In this document: positions 1 to 9,720 of the stretch, one piece after another
Layout: every line of letters starts with the position of its first letter
Position numbering within the stretch: position 1 is the first letter of the stretch
Source of the DNA: Fidelibacterota bacterium
GTDB lineage: Bacteria > Fidelibacterota > Marinisomatia > Marinisomatales > Marinisomataceae
NCBI GenBank assembly: GCA_965212055.1
Contig: OZ243041.1
Coordinates: 905,551 to 969,550, forward strand
Length of the DNA: 64,000 nt
Direction of reading: 5' to 3'
Notes under the pieces: generated by a model
Databases searched by the model: none
Seen by the model: the letters and a program-made list of their open reading frames with translations, nothing else
Told to the model about the DNA's origin: nothing
Made by a program: the position numbers and the translations under genes

Positions 1-212
1 GCAGATGTAGAAGGCCCAATTGTAACGGAACTTGGGATTTCACTCTCTGAACTAATATCTGTTGTCCCAACTTCAGAAGGGATTGCTCCAGCTTTTAATT
101 GTGATTTAATCAAATCTAATTCATCATTACTCAATTTATTCAAATCACCTAATGAAACCTGTCCAAAGACGATATTAATAAAACATAAAAATATGGTATA
201 TTCTCTCTTCAT
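1..212 (-). CDS. 5' part of an exported protein running off the window, possibly a polysaccharide export (Wza/SLBB) protein
   Basis: Manual translation from ATG at 212: MKREYTIFLCFINIVFGQVSLGDLNKLSNDELDLIKSQLKAGAIPSEVG..., open to the window edge, with a signal-peptide-like N-terminus. Product guessed from context only. Confidence 0.5.
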   Translation of the reverse strand, partial: MKREYTIFLCFINIVFGQVSLGDLNKLSNDELDLIKSQLKAGAIPSEVGTTDISSESEIPSSVTIGPSTS

Positions 213-218
213 CTGCAG

Positions 219-246
219 AATTTAGTTTCAAATATGTTATTTGCAA
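219..246 (-). promoter_or_regulatory. putative sigma70-type promoter, leaderless geometry
   Basis: Minus strand TTGCAA(246-241)-N16-TAAATT(224-219)-N6-ATG(212), with no Shine-Dalgarno. Confidence 0.45.
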
Positions 247-400
247 ATCTTTTAAAAAGGTTACAATATTTACACTTTTTAAGTATTGCTTATAATATTT
301 TCAATATATATCGCTAATCATAGGATTATAGTCTAGTTTGGTATAGTATTTGGTATAATATATTGTAGTTTATTTTTTGCACTGAAAAGTAAAGAAAGGT

Positions 401-1516
401 TTAATTTTTAAACCAAACTTTTTTATCAATATATTCTCTATAACTCAGTATTGTTTTCAATACTTTCCAAGAAACTTGTTTTACATTATAATCTGATGGA
501 ATACGTGGTTGATTTAACTTATTTTGAGAGACAGAAACTTTGATTGATGTCAATAAATCTTTCTCTTCAAGAGGTGCCATAATCACTGTTCCTTCATCCA
601 TTGCTTCTGGTCGTTCATGCGCATCACGAATAGTTATACCGGGAAATCCTAATATGGATGATTCTTCAAAGATTGTTCCACTGTCTGAAATAACACAATA
701 TGCATTTTGTTGCAACCAAACATAATCAAAAAATCCCATTGCTTTTATATCAACGATATTTTTTCCAAATTTAATTTTCTGCTCTTTGATTCTTATTTTA
801 GTTCTTGGATGGAGAGAAAGTATTATTTTGTGTTTAAAGTGATTAGTAATTGAATTAAATGATGCAACAATTTTTTCTAATTTTTCTGGACTATCTACAT
901 TTTCTTCTCGATGGATACTTGCAAGAAAATATTTGTTCTTAGATAATTTTAATTCTGATAATATTTTTGATCTTTTAATAGATTTTTCATAATAATCTAA
1001 AATTTCTTTTTGTGGCGATCCCGTTTTTACAATCTGTGCTGGATGTATACCTTCATTTATTAAGTTTTGTTTTGCATGTTCACTATAAGGCATATGTATA
1101 TCACTTATGTGGTCCACTATTTTTCTATTTATTTCTTCTGGTACTCTTAAATCAAAACATCTATTACCGGCTTCCATATGAAAGATTGGGATTTTTCTTC
1201 TTTTAGCCATAATCGTTGATAATGCGCTATTAGTATCACCTAATACTAGTAATGCATCAGGTTTTTCTTTTTCAAAAATCTCATCAGTCTTTTCAATAAT
1301 ATTTGCTATTGTTTTTGATAGTGTGGAATCAGCACTATCTAAAAAATAATCAGGTTTTCGAACATTTAAATCATTAAAAAATACTTCATTAAGTTCATAG
1401 TCATAATTTTGACCTGTATGTATAATTTTATGATTTACATGCTCGTCTAATCTTTTCATAACCATAGACAATTTTATAATTTCTGGTCTTGTTCCTATTA
1501 CAGTTATTACTTTCAT
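401..1516 (-). CDS. non-hydrolysing UDP-HexNAc 2-epimerase (FnlC/WbjD/QnlB type)
   Basis: GTRPEIIK, HTGQNYD, HMEAGNRCFD, PEEINR, SDSGT motifs. Confidence 0.92.
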   Translation of the reverse strand: MKVITVIGTRPEIIKLSMVMKRLDEHVNHKIIHTGQNYDYELNEVFFNDLNVRKPDYFLDSADSTLSKTIANIIEKTDEIFEKEKPDALLVLGDTNSALSTIMAKRRKIPIFHMEAGNRCFDLRVPEEINRKIVDHISDIHMPYSEHAKQNLINEGIHPAQIVKTGSPQKEILDYYEKSIKRSKILSELKLSKNKYFLASIHREENVDSPEKLEKIVASFNSITNHFKHKIILSLHPRTKIRIKEQKIKFGKNIVDIKAMGFFDYVWLQQNAYCVISDSGTIFEESSILGFPGITIRDAHERPEAMDEGTVIMAPLEEKDLLTSIKVSVSQNKLNQPRIPSDYNVKQVSWKVLKTILSYREYIDKKVWFKN

Positions 1517-1517
1517 A

Positions 1518-2522
1518 TTATTTAAATTCCTCTAATTTTTTCAATAATTTTTTCATTTCTTCTTTATTAAGCCTTTTTGTGTTGTCGGAACTATATTCGT
1601 TTACTTCGCGAATTTTCTTATTACCTTTCTCAAAATATTTTTCATAATTTAAATCTCTTTTATCACTAGGTATTCGAAAATAATCTTTTAAATCTTCAGC
1701 TTTATACATTTCTTCTTTGCTGCATAAAACCTCAAATACTTTTTCTCCATGTCGAATCCCAATATCATGTACTGGATGATTATTACATTCTTTCAACTCT
1801 AAAATAGCTTTAAGAAGAATACCCATTGTTGCTGCAGGTGCTTGTTGTACAAATATATCACCATTTTTACCATTCGTAAAAGCATACTCAACCAAATCTA
1901 CTGCATCGTCAACCGTCATCATAAATCTTGTCATTTCTTTATCAGTTAAAGTAATTGGAGTATTTTGTTTAATTTGAGAACACCAAAGAGGTATTACTGA
2001 ACCTCTAGAAGACATAACATTCCCATATCTAGTAAGGCACAAATTCGTGCCATCAGGCGCATTCCTTGATTTTGCTACTACAACTTTTTCCATCATAGCT
2101 TTTGATGTTCCCATTGCATTGATTGGATATACTGCTTTATCTGTACTTAGACAAACAATTTTCGACACTTTCTTTTCAAATGCAGAGTCAATTACATTGG
2201 CTGTACCAAGCACATTGGTTCTAACTGCTTCTAAAGGATGGAATTCACAAGAAGGTACTTGCTTCAATGCAGCCGCATGAAAAACAAAATCAACCCCTAC
2301 CATAGCATCATTTATCGATCCTTTATGCCTTACATCCCCTAAATAAAACTTAATTCTTTTATCTTTATAAAATTTTCTTTGATCGTCTTGTTTTTTTTCA
2401 TCTCTTGAAAAAACACGAATTTCTTTTACTTGAAAATCTAAATATCTCTTTAGAACCGCATTGCCAAAAGAACCTGTCCCACCTGTTATTAATACTGTTT
2501 TATTCTTTAATGTTTTCTTCAT
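1518..2522 (-). CDS. fnlA: UDP-GlcNAc 4,6-dehydratase/5-epimerase (FnlA/WbjB/CapE)
   Basis: TGGTGSFG, FSRDEKKQ, HAAALKQVPSCEF, STDKAVYPINAMG, RYGNVMSSRGSV. Confidence 0.93.
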   Translation of the reverse strand: MKKTLKNKTVLITGGTGSFGNAVLKRYLDFQVKEIRVFSRDEKKQDDQRKFYKDKRIKFYLGDVRHKGSINDAMVGVDFVFHAAALKQVPSCEFHPLEAVRTNVLGTANVIDSAFEKKVSKIVCLSTDKAVYPINAMGTSKAMMEKVVVAKSRNAPDGTNLCLTRYGNVMSSRGSVIPLWCSQIKQNTPITLTDKEMTRFMMTVDDAVDLVEYAFTNGKNGDIFVQQAPAATMGILLKAILELKECNNHPVHDIGIRHGEKVFEVLCSKEEMYKAEDLKDYFRIPSDKRDLNYEKYFEKGNKKIREVNEYSSDNTKRLNKEEMKKLLKKLEEFK

Positions 2523-2530
2523 GGCATATT

Positions 2531-3400
2531 TTACATATTATAATGATACAATTCATCAATCATTTTCTCCCAAGAAGGGATAGAAATATTCGTTTTTTTT
2601 CTGAATGCTGTAGAGTCAAGACTTCTATCACAAGTAAAGGTACTATCAGGGTTAATATTTATATTTAGTTGAAATTTTTTATTTAATAGATGTATCAAAT
2701 CAAATTTGCTAATGGGCTCTGATGAAATATGAAATAATCCCTCTAATTGAGGAAAATCTTCAATAATTTGATTTAATATTTTAGAAAATGCAATTGTAGT
2801 TAGTCCAGAATAGATTGCATTTTTATACCCATTAATTGTTTTATTTTTTTGCTGTTTTGTCCATTCAAATAATCCAGTTTTATGAAATAGTGATGGACCA
2901 ATGAACGACGTTCTTAATGTTAATGCATTCGGTATATTTACTTCACCTAACATCTTAGATTCTCCATAATAATCTGTTGGATTGGGAATGTCACTTTCGT
3001 TATAGTTTCCTTTCCCCCCAGAAAAAACACAGTCAGTACTCAAATGAATGAATTTTATATTACTATCAATACATGTTTCAGCCAATAAGTGAGGAAAATC
3101 TGAATTTATATATGCTGTTTCAGGTATGTCTTTTTTGCATTCCTTTCTATGTTTTACTATGCCTATGCAATTAATTAAAATATCAGGATTAATTTTTTTT
3201 ATTTTAGATTTAACAAGATCAAAATCATTAAAATGTTCAATAAAGTTACAATATGGTTCCGCCAAAATTTTTTCAAAAAATTTTACATCATTTAGTTTAT
3301 CGTTATTTCTCATTAAGGTAGAAACATCATGATTTTTTGAAAGAACTTTACATGCCATATGTCCTATTTCTCCAGTTGATCCTAATATTAATATTTTCAT
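2531..3400 (-). CDS. RmlD-like SDR reductase (QnlA/WbvR-type)
   Basis: LGSTGEIG, HLSTDCVFSG, YGESK, LRTSFIG; directly upstream of fnlA. Confidence 0.8.
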   Translation of the reverse strand: MKILILGSTGEIGHMACKVLSKNHDVSTLMRNNDKLNDVKFFEKILAEPYCNFIEHFNDFDLVKSKIKKINPDILINCIGIVKHRKECKKDIPETAYINSDFPHLLAETCIDSNIKFIHLSTDCVFSGGKGNYNESDIPNPTDYYGESKMLGEVNIPNALTLRTSFIGPSLFHKTGLFEWTKQQKNKTINGYKNAIYSGLTTIAFSKILNQIIEDFPQLEGLFHISSEPISKFDLIHLLNKKFQLNININPDSTFTCDRSLDSTAFRKKTNISIPSWEKMIDELYHYNM

Positions 3401-3402
3401 TG

Positions 3403-4557
3403 TTAAAATATATCCATAAAAGACGGAGTAGAACCACCATTTCGTACCCAGTCATAAAAAGCTAGATAATCTTTGCCTAATACATCCCAAGAAAAATAAT
3501 CTTTAATATATGTTCTTCCAAGTTGACCCATATTTTTTAGATCATTTTTATTCAAACTATTTGCTGCTAATATTGCTGAGTATATATCATCTTGATTTAA
3601 ACTAACAACCCATCCATAATTATTCTTTTTTACAACATGCCAAGGTGTTTCTTCAGATACAATGACTGGTAAACCATAAGACATAGCTTCTGCAATCACC
3701 AATCCAAAATTTTCTGATTGAGAAGGGATAATAAATACATCATTACTAAGATATTTTTCTTGTTTTTTTAATCCTGATACTTTATCAGTAAAAGATATAT
3801 TTTTTAAACCAAATTTTTTGATTAAATCTTGTAAAAATTTATAGTAACTAATGTCTTCATAATAACCACATATTTCTAATGTACAATTTTTGTTTTCTAA
3901 TTCAATTCTAGACCATGTTTTAATAAGAAGATCAAGGCCTTTGATTGGATGTATTCTTCCTAAATATAAAAATTTAGTTTTTTCTCTAGTAAAATTTGTC
4001 TTTTTCTCTTTGGGAATATCAATACCTTCTGGTATAACAGCAATTGGTTGTTTATAACCTAAAGACCTAATTTCATCTTTTTCTTTGAGAGACGTAGCAT
4101 GAAATGCATCACAATTTGATAACATTTTATTTTGATTAGAAAATATATTAAAAAGAATTTTTTTATACCTTGATACACTTAAAGCCTCTTTTGCAAAACT
4201 TCCTTTTGGAGAATTAACTATTTTTATATTCTTTCTTTTCTTTACTGATAAAGAATAGATATGTGGCATTCTCCATAACCCATGACTATGAATTATATCA
4301 CCATCAGTTGTTAATTTTTTTAAACCTGATTTAAATTTTTGTGAAGATAAAATAGATTTTAGCATAAAATCAATTCTATATTCATGAACTTTAAATGAGG
4401 GCTTAAATACCAAATTACTTTTTCCTGCTGTATGGAGATGAGTATCAATATTGTTTGATACAGCTTCACATAAAGCTGGCACAGCATAAGAGTGACCACT
4501 CAGTTGTCTTTTAACAATAAATGGAGCAATGTGATGTACAGAAAATGAATCTATCAT
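3403..4557 (-). CDS. GT4 glycosyltransferase
   Basis: HSHGLW, LGRIHPIKG, SENFGLVIAEAM (EX7E). Start trimmed to ATG 4557 to avoid a long overlap with the upstream gene. Confidence 0.88.
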   Translation of the reverse strand: MIDSFSVHHIAPFIVKRQLSGHSYAVPALCEAVSNNIDTHLHTAGKSNLVFKPSFKVHEYRIDFMLKSILSSQKFKSGLKKLTTDGDIIHSHGLWRMPHIYSLSVKKRKNIKIVNSPKGSFAKEALSVSRYKKILFNIFSNQNKMLSNCDAFHATSLKEKDEIRSLGYKQPIAVIPEGIDIPKEKKTNFTREKTKFLYLGRIHPIKGLDLLIKTWSRIELENKNCTLEICGYYEDISYYKFLQDLIKKFGLKNISFTDKVSGLKKQEKYLSNDVFIIPSQSENFGLVIAEAMSYGLPVIVSEETPWHVVKKNNYGWVVSLNQDDIYSAILAANSLNKNDLKNMGQLGRTYIKDYFSWDVLGKDYLAFYDWVRNGGSTPSFMDIF

Positions 4558-4564
4558 GTTCAAT

Positions 4565-5572
4565 TTATGGTTGGGGTGGAAATCCGTTTCCATATAAAAT
4601 AATTTTCGATATAAAATCAATGTTTGCATATAAAAAATAAAGACTAGTGATAAGAACGCCCAAGTTTAAACCTGCACGATAAGGCAAACAATAATACAAG
4701 CAAAATATATAACCAATCATATTCATTCTATCTTCTCCAACAAAATATAGAGCTATAAATAGCGGTAAAAAATAAATTAGAGTCTCTAATCTGTCTTTTG
4801 TATAATATAAAGCTATAAGAAGAAATATTGTCATCCTTAAAAAATCAAATATACTTCGATCGCCACCATATGCTGTTATTTTAAAAAAAAGGTAAGGTAG
4901 TCCAGAAATTTGAGTGGAGTTTATAGCAAAGAATACAAACACTATCATTGGTAACACAAATAATAATGACCGTTTAAATTGTAATTTAAATAATAAAGGC
5001 TTGACTTCATTAATGAATAACTGAAGTGCTCTACCTAAACATAAGATTAGTATCTGCAAATGAGAAAAAATAGCTAAACCAAAGAAAAAGAAAGAAAGAA
5101 CATATTTTTTTCTAAAAAGAAAAAATAACAAGAAAAAGATAAAACCAATTTTTAACCTCTCTCCTGTAAAAAATAATACATATAAATAAAAATTTGTAAG
5201 AATAAAAAAAGATGTTACTAGAAAATTAACTTTAAGATTATCAAAAACTTTTATTAAAAGCCCAGCAAGAAATGTATTACACATAGACAGAAAAAAGATT
5301 CTATCTATTCCTAGATTGCTTGCTACCCAAACAAAAATAAAATGAACAAATTCTACTGTGGTAATAATATAATTATAGAGTTGATATGCCCTAGCAATAT
5401 CAAGGTCAGCTACTCCGTTATATATTGTTCTATATCCATTGTTATCTCCCCCTACATATAAATTCCCTAGAATCAATGAAATAATAAACACAAAAAAAAG
5501 CAGTGTTATTCTCAAAAAAGTATTTTTATTAAAAGATGGTAGATTTAAAAAAATTTTAGTGTTTATCATCAT
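4565..5572 (-). CDS. putative O-antigen/EPS polymerase (Wzy/EpsG-like)
   Basis: Many hydrophobic segments, GD...Y loop and SH motif after a TM segment; lies in a glycan cluster. Confidence 0.65.
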   Translation of the reverse strand: MMINTKIFLNLPSFNKNTFLRITLLFFVFIISLILGNLYVGGDNNGYRTIYNGVADLDIARAYQLYNYIITTVEFVHFIFVWVASNLGIDRIFFLSMCNTFLAGLLIKVFDNLKVNFLVTSFFILTNFYLYVLFFTGERLKIGFIFFLLFFLFRKKYVLSFFFFGLAIFSHLQILILCLGRALQLFINEVKPLLFKLQFKRSLLFVLPMIVFVFFAINSTQISGLPYLFFKITAYGGDRSIFDFLRMTIFLLIALYYTKDRLETLIYFLPLFIALYFVGEDRMNMIGYIFCLYYCLPYRAGLNLGVLITSLYFLYANIDFISKIILYGNGFPPQP

Positions 5573-6789
5573 AAAGAAAATGCCTTCAAAAGATTTGATA
5601 TGTGTAAATTTCTATAAGATTGGGGACGATGAGAATCTGCAAGAAGGAAAAACCCTGAACTAATTTTATCTTTTTTAAGATATCCATGCATACCAGCTTT
5701 TAATTTACTGTCATTGTGAAAAAAATCTGGACTTACTTGAACACCTTTTTTAGCCCACCAAACAATATCAGCAATATCTTTCACAGGCGGTAATCCTTCG
5801 TTTTCACAATCCTGATTATTAAGAAAATATCCTTTATCTTTTAATTCTTTATTAGAAAATAGTTTCTGATGAAAATTCTTCAATTTTTCTTTATTATCTA
5901 ATTTCCACCATATTCTTAACATTGTTGAATCTAAAAAATAATAAAAATCTCTCCCTAATTTAAGATTCAAATTCTTTGTAATAGATTCAATGATATTTTT
6001 GATATTGATACCATGATTAACATGTTCCATACCATGATCTCCCAAAAAAGAAATATCACACTTTTCATGATGGTATTCCATACATGTATGATAGAAATTT
6101 TTTAGTTTTATATCTATATCTTCAAGCCCTTTAATTAATTCTTGTGAATGTGGCCCAAATTTATGGCCAAGTACATCTGCTGTACTTATATATACTGGAA
6201 TCAATGTCTGCTTATAATCAGAAAGCTTATTTATAAGGGTTTTAAGTCGTGAAGAATCAGTACCAAAAGAAGCACTAGATAATGATGTAAAATATTCCCA
6301 GTTAATTGTATATCCTGCATGAATATGTTCATATAATAAACCTGATTTAATCTGTTTCGAATATTCTTCAAAATCAATTGAATCTTCTGTAAGAATAACT
6401 TTGTCTAAAATATTTAAAGGAATTCTCTGTGGATACATACTAGGGGACGATTTATTGAGAGACACTTGCCACAAAAAACGTCTGATAATTTTTTGAAAAA
6501 ATTGATTTTTTTCAAAAAAACTAAGTACAGGTATTATCCAATTTGGAAGCCATGAATATGGTCGAATATTATTCTTAGATTCAGTATCAATCGTAATAGC
6601 ATTAACAAAACCAGTTTCAGAAGGTTTTAAGCTAAAAAAAATCTCCGAACGTTCACAAAAACCACTCGATATCTCTAAATTTTTTATATAAATACCATCA
6701 TGAATTTTAGATGATAACCAAGGCATATATTTAACATGATCTGATCTAAGAGCATCAAGAACTATAAGGTAATGATTTTGTAAGTTCAT
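5569..6789 (-). CDS. alkaline phosphatase superfamily protein (phosphodiesterase/NPP-like)
   Basis: LIVLDALR, DVLGHKFGP, GDHG and GMHGY metal-ligand motifs; no signal peptide. Confidence 0.8.
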   Translation of the reverse strand: MNLQNHYLIVLDALRSDHVKYMPWLSSKIHDGIYIKNLEISSGFCERSEIFFSLKPSETGFVNAITIDTESKNNIRPYSWLPNWIIPVLSFFEKNQFFQKIIRRFLWQVSLNKSSPSMYPQRIPLNILDKVILTEDSIDFEEYSKQIKSGLLYEHIHAGYTINWEYFTSLSSASFGTDSSRLKTLINKLSDYKQTLIPVYISTADVLGHKFGPHSQELIKGLEDIDIKLKNFYHTCMEYHHEKCDISFLGDHGMEHVNHGINIKNIIESITKNLNLKLGRDFYYFLDSTMLRIWWKLDNKEKLKNFHQKLFSNKELKDKGYFLNNQDCENEGLPPVKDIADIVWWAKKGVQVSPDFFHNDSKLKAGMHGYLKKDKISSGFFLLADSHRPQSYRNLHISNLLKAFSL

Positions 6790-6790
6790 A

Positions 6791-7711
6791 TTAAAAATAA
6801 TATTGATTTAAAAATTTATTTTTATATTCTTTCTGTGAGAAATCTTTTAAATAATCCTCAATAATATCAACTTTTTTTTGATTATTAATACCGCTTACAC
6901 ATTTATATTCACAGAAAGGAAATCCAATAACATTCTTGCTTTTTGTATTGCAAAATGGAATAAATTTTACAAAATCAATTTCTTTTTTATTCTGCAATTT
7001 TTTATTAGCTATAAAATCAGATAATAATGGATATACCTCGCTATCTAAGATAAAACAAAGACAATCTTGTTCAGCCCAACCAGAATATGGTTTACCTTCA
7101 TTCGAATGAAACACCTCAGAATATTTTCCTTCACTATCTCTCAAAAATCCAACATAAGGATTTTTTTTATAACGTGTTGGCATTGCAATGAGTGGATTAA
7201 ATTTTTCATATAATATGGTAGAAAAAAATATATAACTAGAAGGAATAAGTGCTAAATCACCCCACAATAAAATGGTATCATACTCTAAAGCTAAATCATT
7301 TTTGATTGCATCCAAACATACCGCTGTACCTTGTATTTGTTCAGGATGGAGTTCAATTAGATTGATTTTTTTATTTAAACCTTCTATTTGTTCAAAATAA
7401 TGCTTATCGAGAGAATTAATTACTATATTGATGGAAACAATATTTGATATTGCTTTTTCAATCACATTTAACAAGTTAATAATAATAGATTTTTGACCAT
7501 TTGGATAGTCAATTTTAAGGAGAGGTTTTGGATAATTGAGATTCATTCTTTCTCCCTTTCCTGCAGCCATAATTACTATTTGATATTGTTTTTTATTGAT
7601 TGAAGTATTTTCTAAATAGTAATTAAATAATTCTTTTCTATACTGTGAAAGTTCAAACTTTTTAGAAGAAAAAGGATTAAAGATTAAAGTACTATCTCCT
7701 GATTTTTTAAT
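6791..7711 (-). CDS. NTP transferase (GlmU-N/MobA-like), probable ATT start
   Basis: IVIMAAGKGERM..PKPLL, GTA, LWGD. The frame is open upstream of ATG 7570; AAGGAG lies 8 nt before ATT 7711. Confidence 0.75.
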   Translation of the reverse strand: MKKSGDSTLIFNPFSSKKFELSQYRKELFNYYLENTSINKKQYQIVIMAAGKGERMNLNYPKPLLKIDYPNGQKSIIINLLNVIEKAISNIVSINIVINSLDKHYFEQIEGLNKKINLIELHPEQIQGTAVCLDAIKNDLALEYDTILLWGDLALIPSSYIFFSTILYEKFNPLIAMPTRYKKNPYVGFLRDSEGKYSEVFHSNEGKPYSGWAEQDCLCFILDSEVYPLLSDFIANKKLQNKKEIDFVKFIPFCNTKSKNVIGFPFCEYKCVSGINNQKKVDIIEDYLKDFSQKEYKNKFLNQYYF

Positions 7712-8469
7712 TACAATATCTCCTTTAATGATTCCACAGAAAATGTAGGAGAAGGAGAATTTTTAACTAAATCAGATTTTGAAGAAATAAGTACAGATTG
7801 GCATTTAAGATTCTTACTGAGTTCTATGTCAGTCCAAGGATTGTCTCCTATCACTATCAATTTTTCATCTTTTTTTACTTTTATCATTTCTCTGCTGAGA
7901 TTAGGTTTTCCAAATTCTTTTGATAGCTTTTTTTTCTGTAAAACACCTGATAAATTCAATAAACCGTCCAAAATTAAGGTAACAGTAAAATTAAATGGTG
8001 GTTCGGGTGAAATTCTATCAGGATTTCCTAATAAAATATCTGCATCTGTTTTTATAATTAAGTTTAATGCTGATTCTGTTCTTTTAATCCATTCACTATC
8101 AACCAAAGAAGTAAAAATAATTGCATCAATATCTTCTTCTGAGATATCATTCACTATATTGCCTACAAAAGGTTTGATTTTATTGGCAACATTTTCTTGT
8201 CCGTAATGAAAAATAGTTTTGTAAGATTTTTTTTCTAAAAATTTTAATAATAAATCTAATGATGTAATAACATCGGGTATTGGTACATTAAAAATGTTAA
8301 ATAATTCCTCTTTTAATTCTAAGCCTGTTTTAGATCCAATATTTGAAAAAATAATTATTTTTTGATAATAATTTTTTAAGAATTCTTTTGAACCATTGAG
8401 AGGTTCTTTTTTATTAGAATATAATGTTCCACTAACATCTAATAAAATTTTATCAAATTTGGATAACAT
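7711..8469 (-). CDS. HAD-superfamily IIA hydrolase (NagD/LHPP-like)
   Basis: LLDVSGTL, FSN, NPD, GKP, IGDNPWTDI motifs. Confidence 0.85.
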   Translation of the reverse strand: MLSKFDKILLDVSGTLYSNKKEPLNGSKEFLKNYYQKIIIFSNIGSKTGLELKEELFNIFNVPIPDVITSLDLLLKFLEKKSYKTIFHYGQENVANKIKPFVGNIVNDISEEDIDAIIFTSLVDSEWIKRTESALNLIIKTDADILLGNPDRISPEPPFNFTVTLILDGLLNLSGVLQKKKLSKEFGKPNLSREMIKVKKDEKLIVIGDNPWTDIELSKNLKCQSVLISSKSDLVKNSPSPTFSVESLKEIL

Positions 8470-8475
8470 CTTACA

Positions 8476-9720
8476 TTATTTATCATTTACTATTCTTAAA
8501 ATAGTTTTTAAGACATTTTTTCCATTATGAGCAGAAGGATTTAATGGATCAGAAAAATTACCTTTCACTATTTTTAACCAAGGATATTTATTCATAATTA
8601 CATTTTCATCAAAATTAATCGATTTTGATTCTTTAGATTCTGAGGTTGCATCATCTATAATTAGGTGAGTAAGTAAATCTTTTTTATTAATACTCTTATT
8701 ACTTGATCTATTTAAATATTTATATAAATCTTTTACTAGATCTGAAACATATAAAAAATTATTGGTTTCTTTCTTCAAGTTTGCAATCATCACTTTTGGA
8801 TTCTCATTTTGTTTAATAAGATTTGCTACCCCTTTTGTTTCAAGGCTTGGAAGGATACTAGAATATGGAGTTCCAGAACCATAAACAATGATATCGCTGT
8901 TAAGTATTTTTTCTTTAATATCTTCATTATAAATAGGAATACTCCTCAATGACTCAAGAAAACTAATTTTATCATCTATTTCTATTGAAGATAATTTTCT
9001 AATTTGATTCATTGTGATAGGATTTGTCATCTGATAGATATCTTTTATGCTATCTGTAGTGCGAGTTAATACCACAGATGCTTCATTAGGTAAAAGGGTA
9101 CCATTTTTCAGTAACCCACTTAGAAATCTAACAGAATTTGTATTAGAATATATTGCAATTTTACTATTCAGATTACAAAATTTAGAAAAAGCATTAGTAG
9201 CTTTATTAAAGTCAAGATTATTTTCTACCAATAGAGCTCCAAATAAAATATTACCAATTTTGAAATCTTCTATATCAATAATTTCATCTCTGTTTTGATA
9301 AAAATAATTGAAAAAAATAATAAATTTTTTCAAAATTTGTTTTCTTGTTTTATCTGGAATTTGTGAAAGTGCAGATAAATATTTAGGTAAAGAATTTTTA
9401 TATAGCATTTTGTGCAGATTACGATATAATAATAACCTTTCTTCAAAATTATCAACCATCGGAAATCTGGCTTCTAATGCGTTTATTAGTTTTTCATTTG
9501 GAGAAAGAGAAAGGATTGCTTTTAAAAAATCACTTATTCCATGAGCTTTATAATGAAATAATCTTCTAATCTCTCCTGTAGATGCACCATCATCTAAACC
9601 ATTAATTATTACTGAAAGTTCATTGATGTCGTTCATTTGTTTTTTCATTGCAAAAAACAAATTTTTATTCCCTCTTCCTCCTGAAAATATTATAACTTTT
9701 GGTTTATATTTATTTTTCAT
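8476..9720 (-). CDS. CofD/YvcK (UPF0052) family protein
   Basis: IFSGGRG, DDGASTG, ISDF, IGN, YGSGTPYSSILPSL motifs; start set at MKNKYKP. Confidence 0.8.
   Translation of the reverse strand: MKNKYKPKVIIFSGGRGNKNLFFAMKKQMNDINELSVIINGLDDGASTGEIRRLFHYKAHGISDFLKAILSLSPNEKLINALEARFPMVDNFEERLLLYRNLHKMLYKNSLPKYLSALSQIPDKTRKQILKKFIIFFNYFYQNRDEIIDIEDFKIGNILFGALLVENNLDFNKATNAFSKFCNLNSKIAIYSNTNSVRFLSGLLKNGTLLPNEASVVLTRTTDSIKDIYQMTNPITMNQIRKLSSIEIDDKISFLESLRSIPIYNEDIKEKILNSDIIVYGSGTPYSSILPSLETKGVANLIKQNENPKVMIANLKKETNNFLYVSDLVKDLYKYLNRSSNKSINKKDLLTHLIIDDATSESKESKSINFDENVIMNKYPWLKIVKGNFSDPLNPSAHNGKNVLKTILRIVNDK

Noticed and set aside
337..360. Short direct repeat TTTGGTATA x2 in the intergenic region
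   Set aside because: Two 9-mers in very AT-rich DNA; not a CRISPR array and too weak to call an operator.
8476..9720. F420 biosynthesis
   Set aside because: No FO synthase or CofE in the window, and the NTP transferase is GlmU-like rather than clearly CofC.
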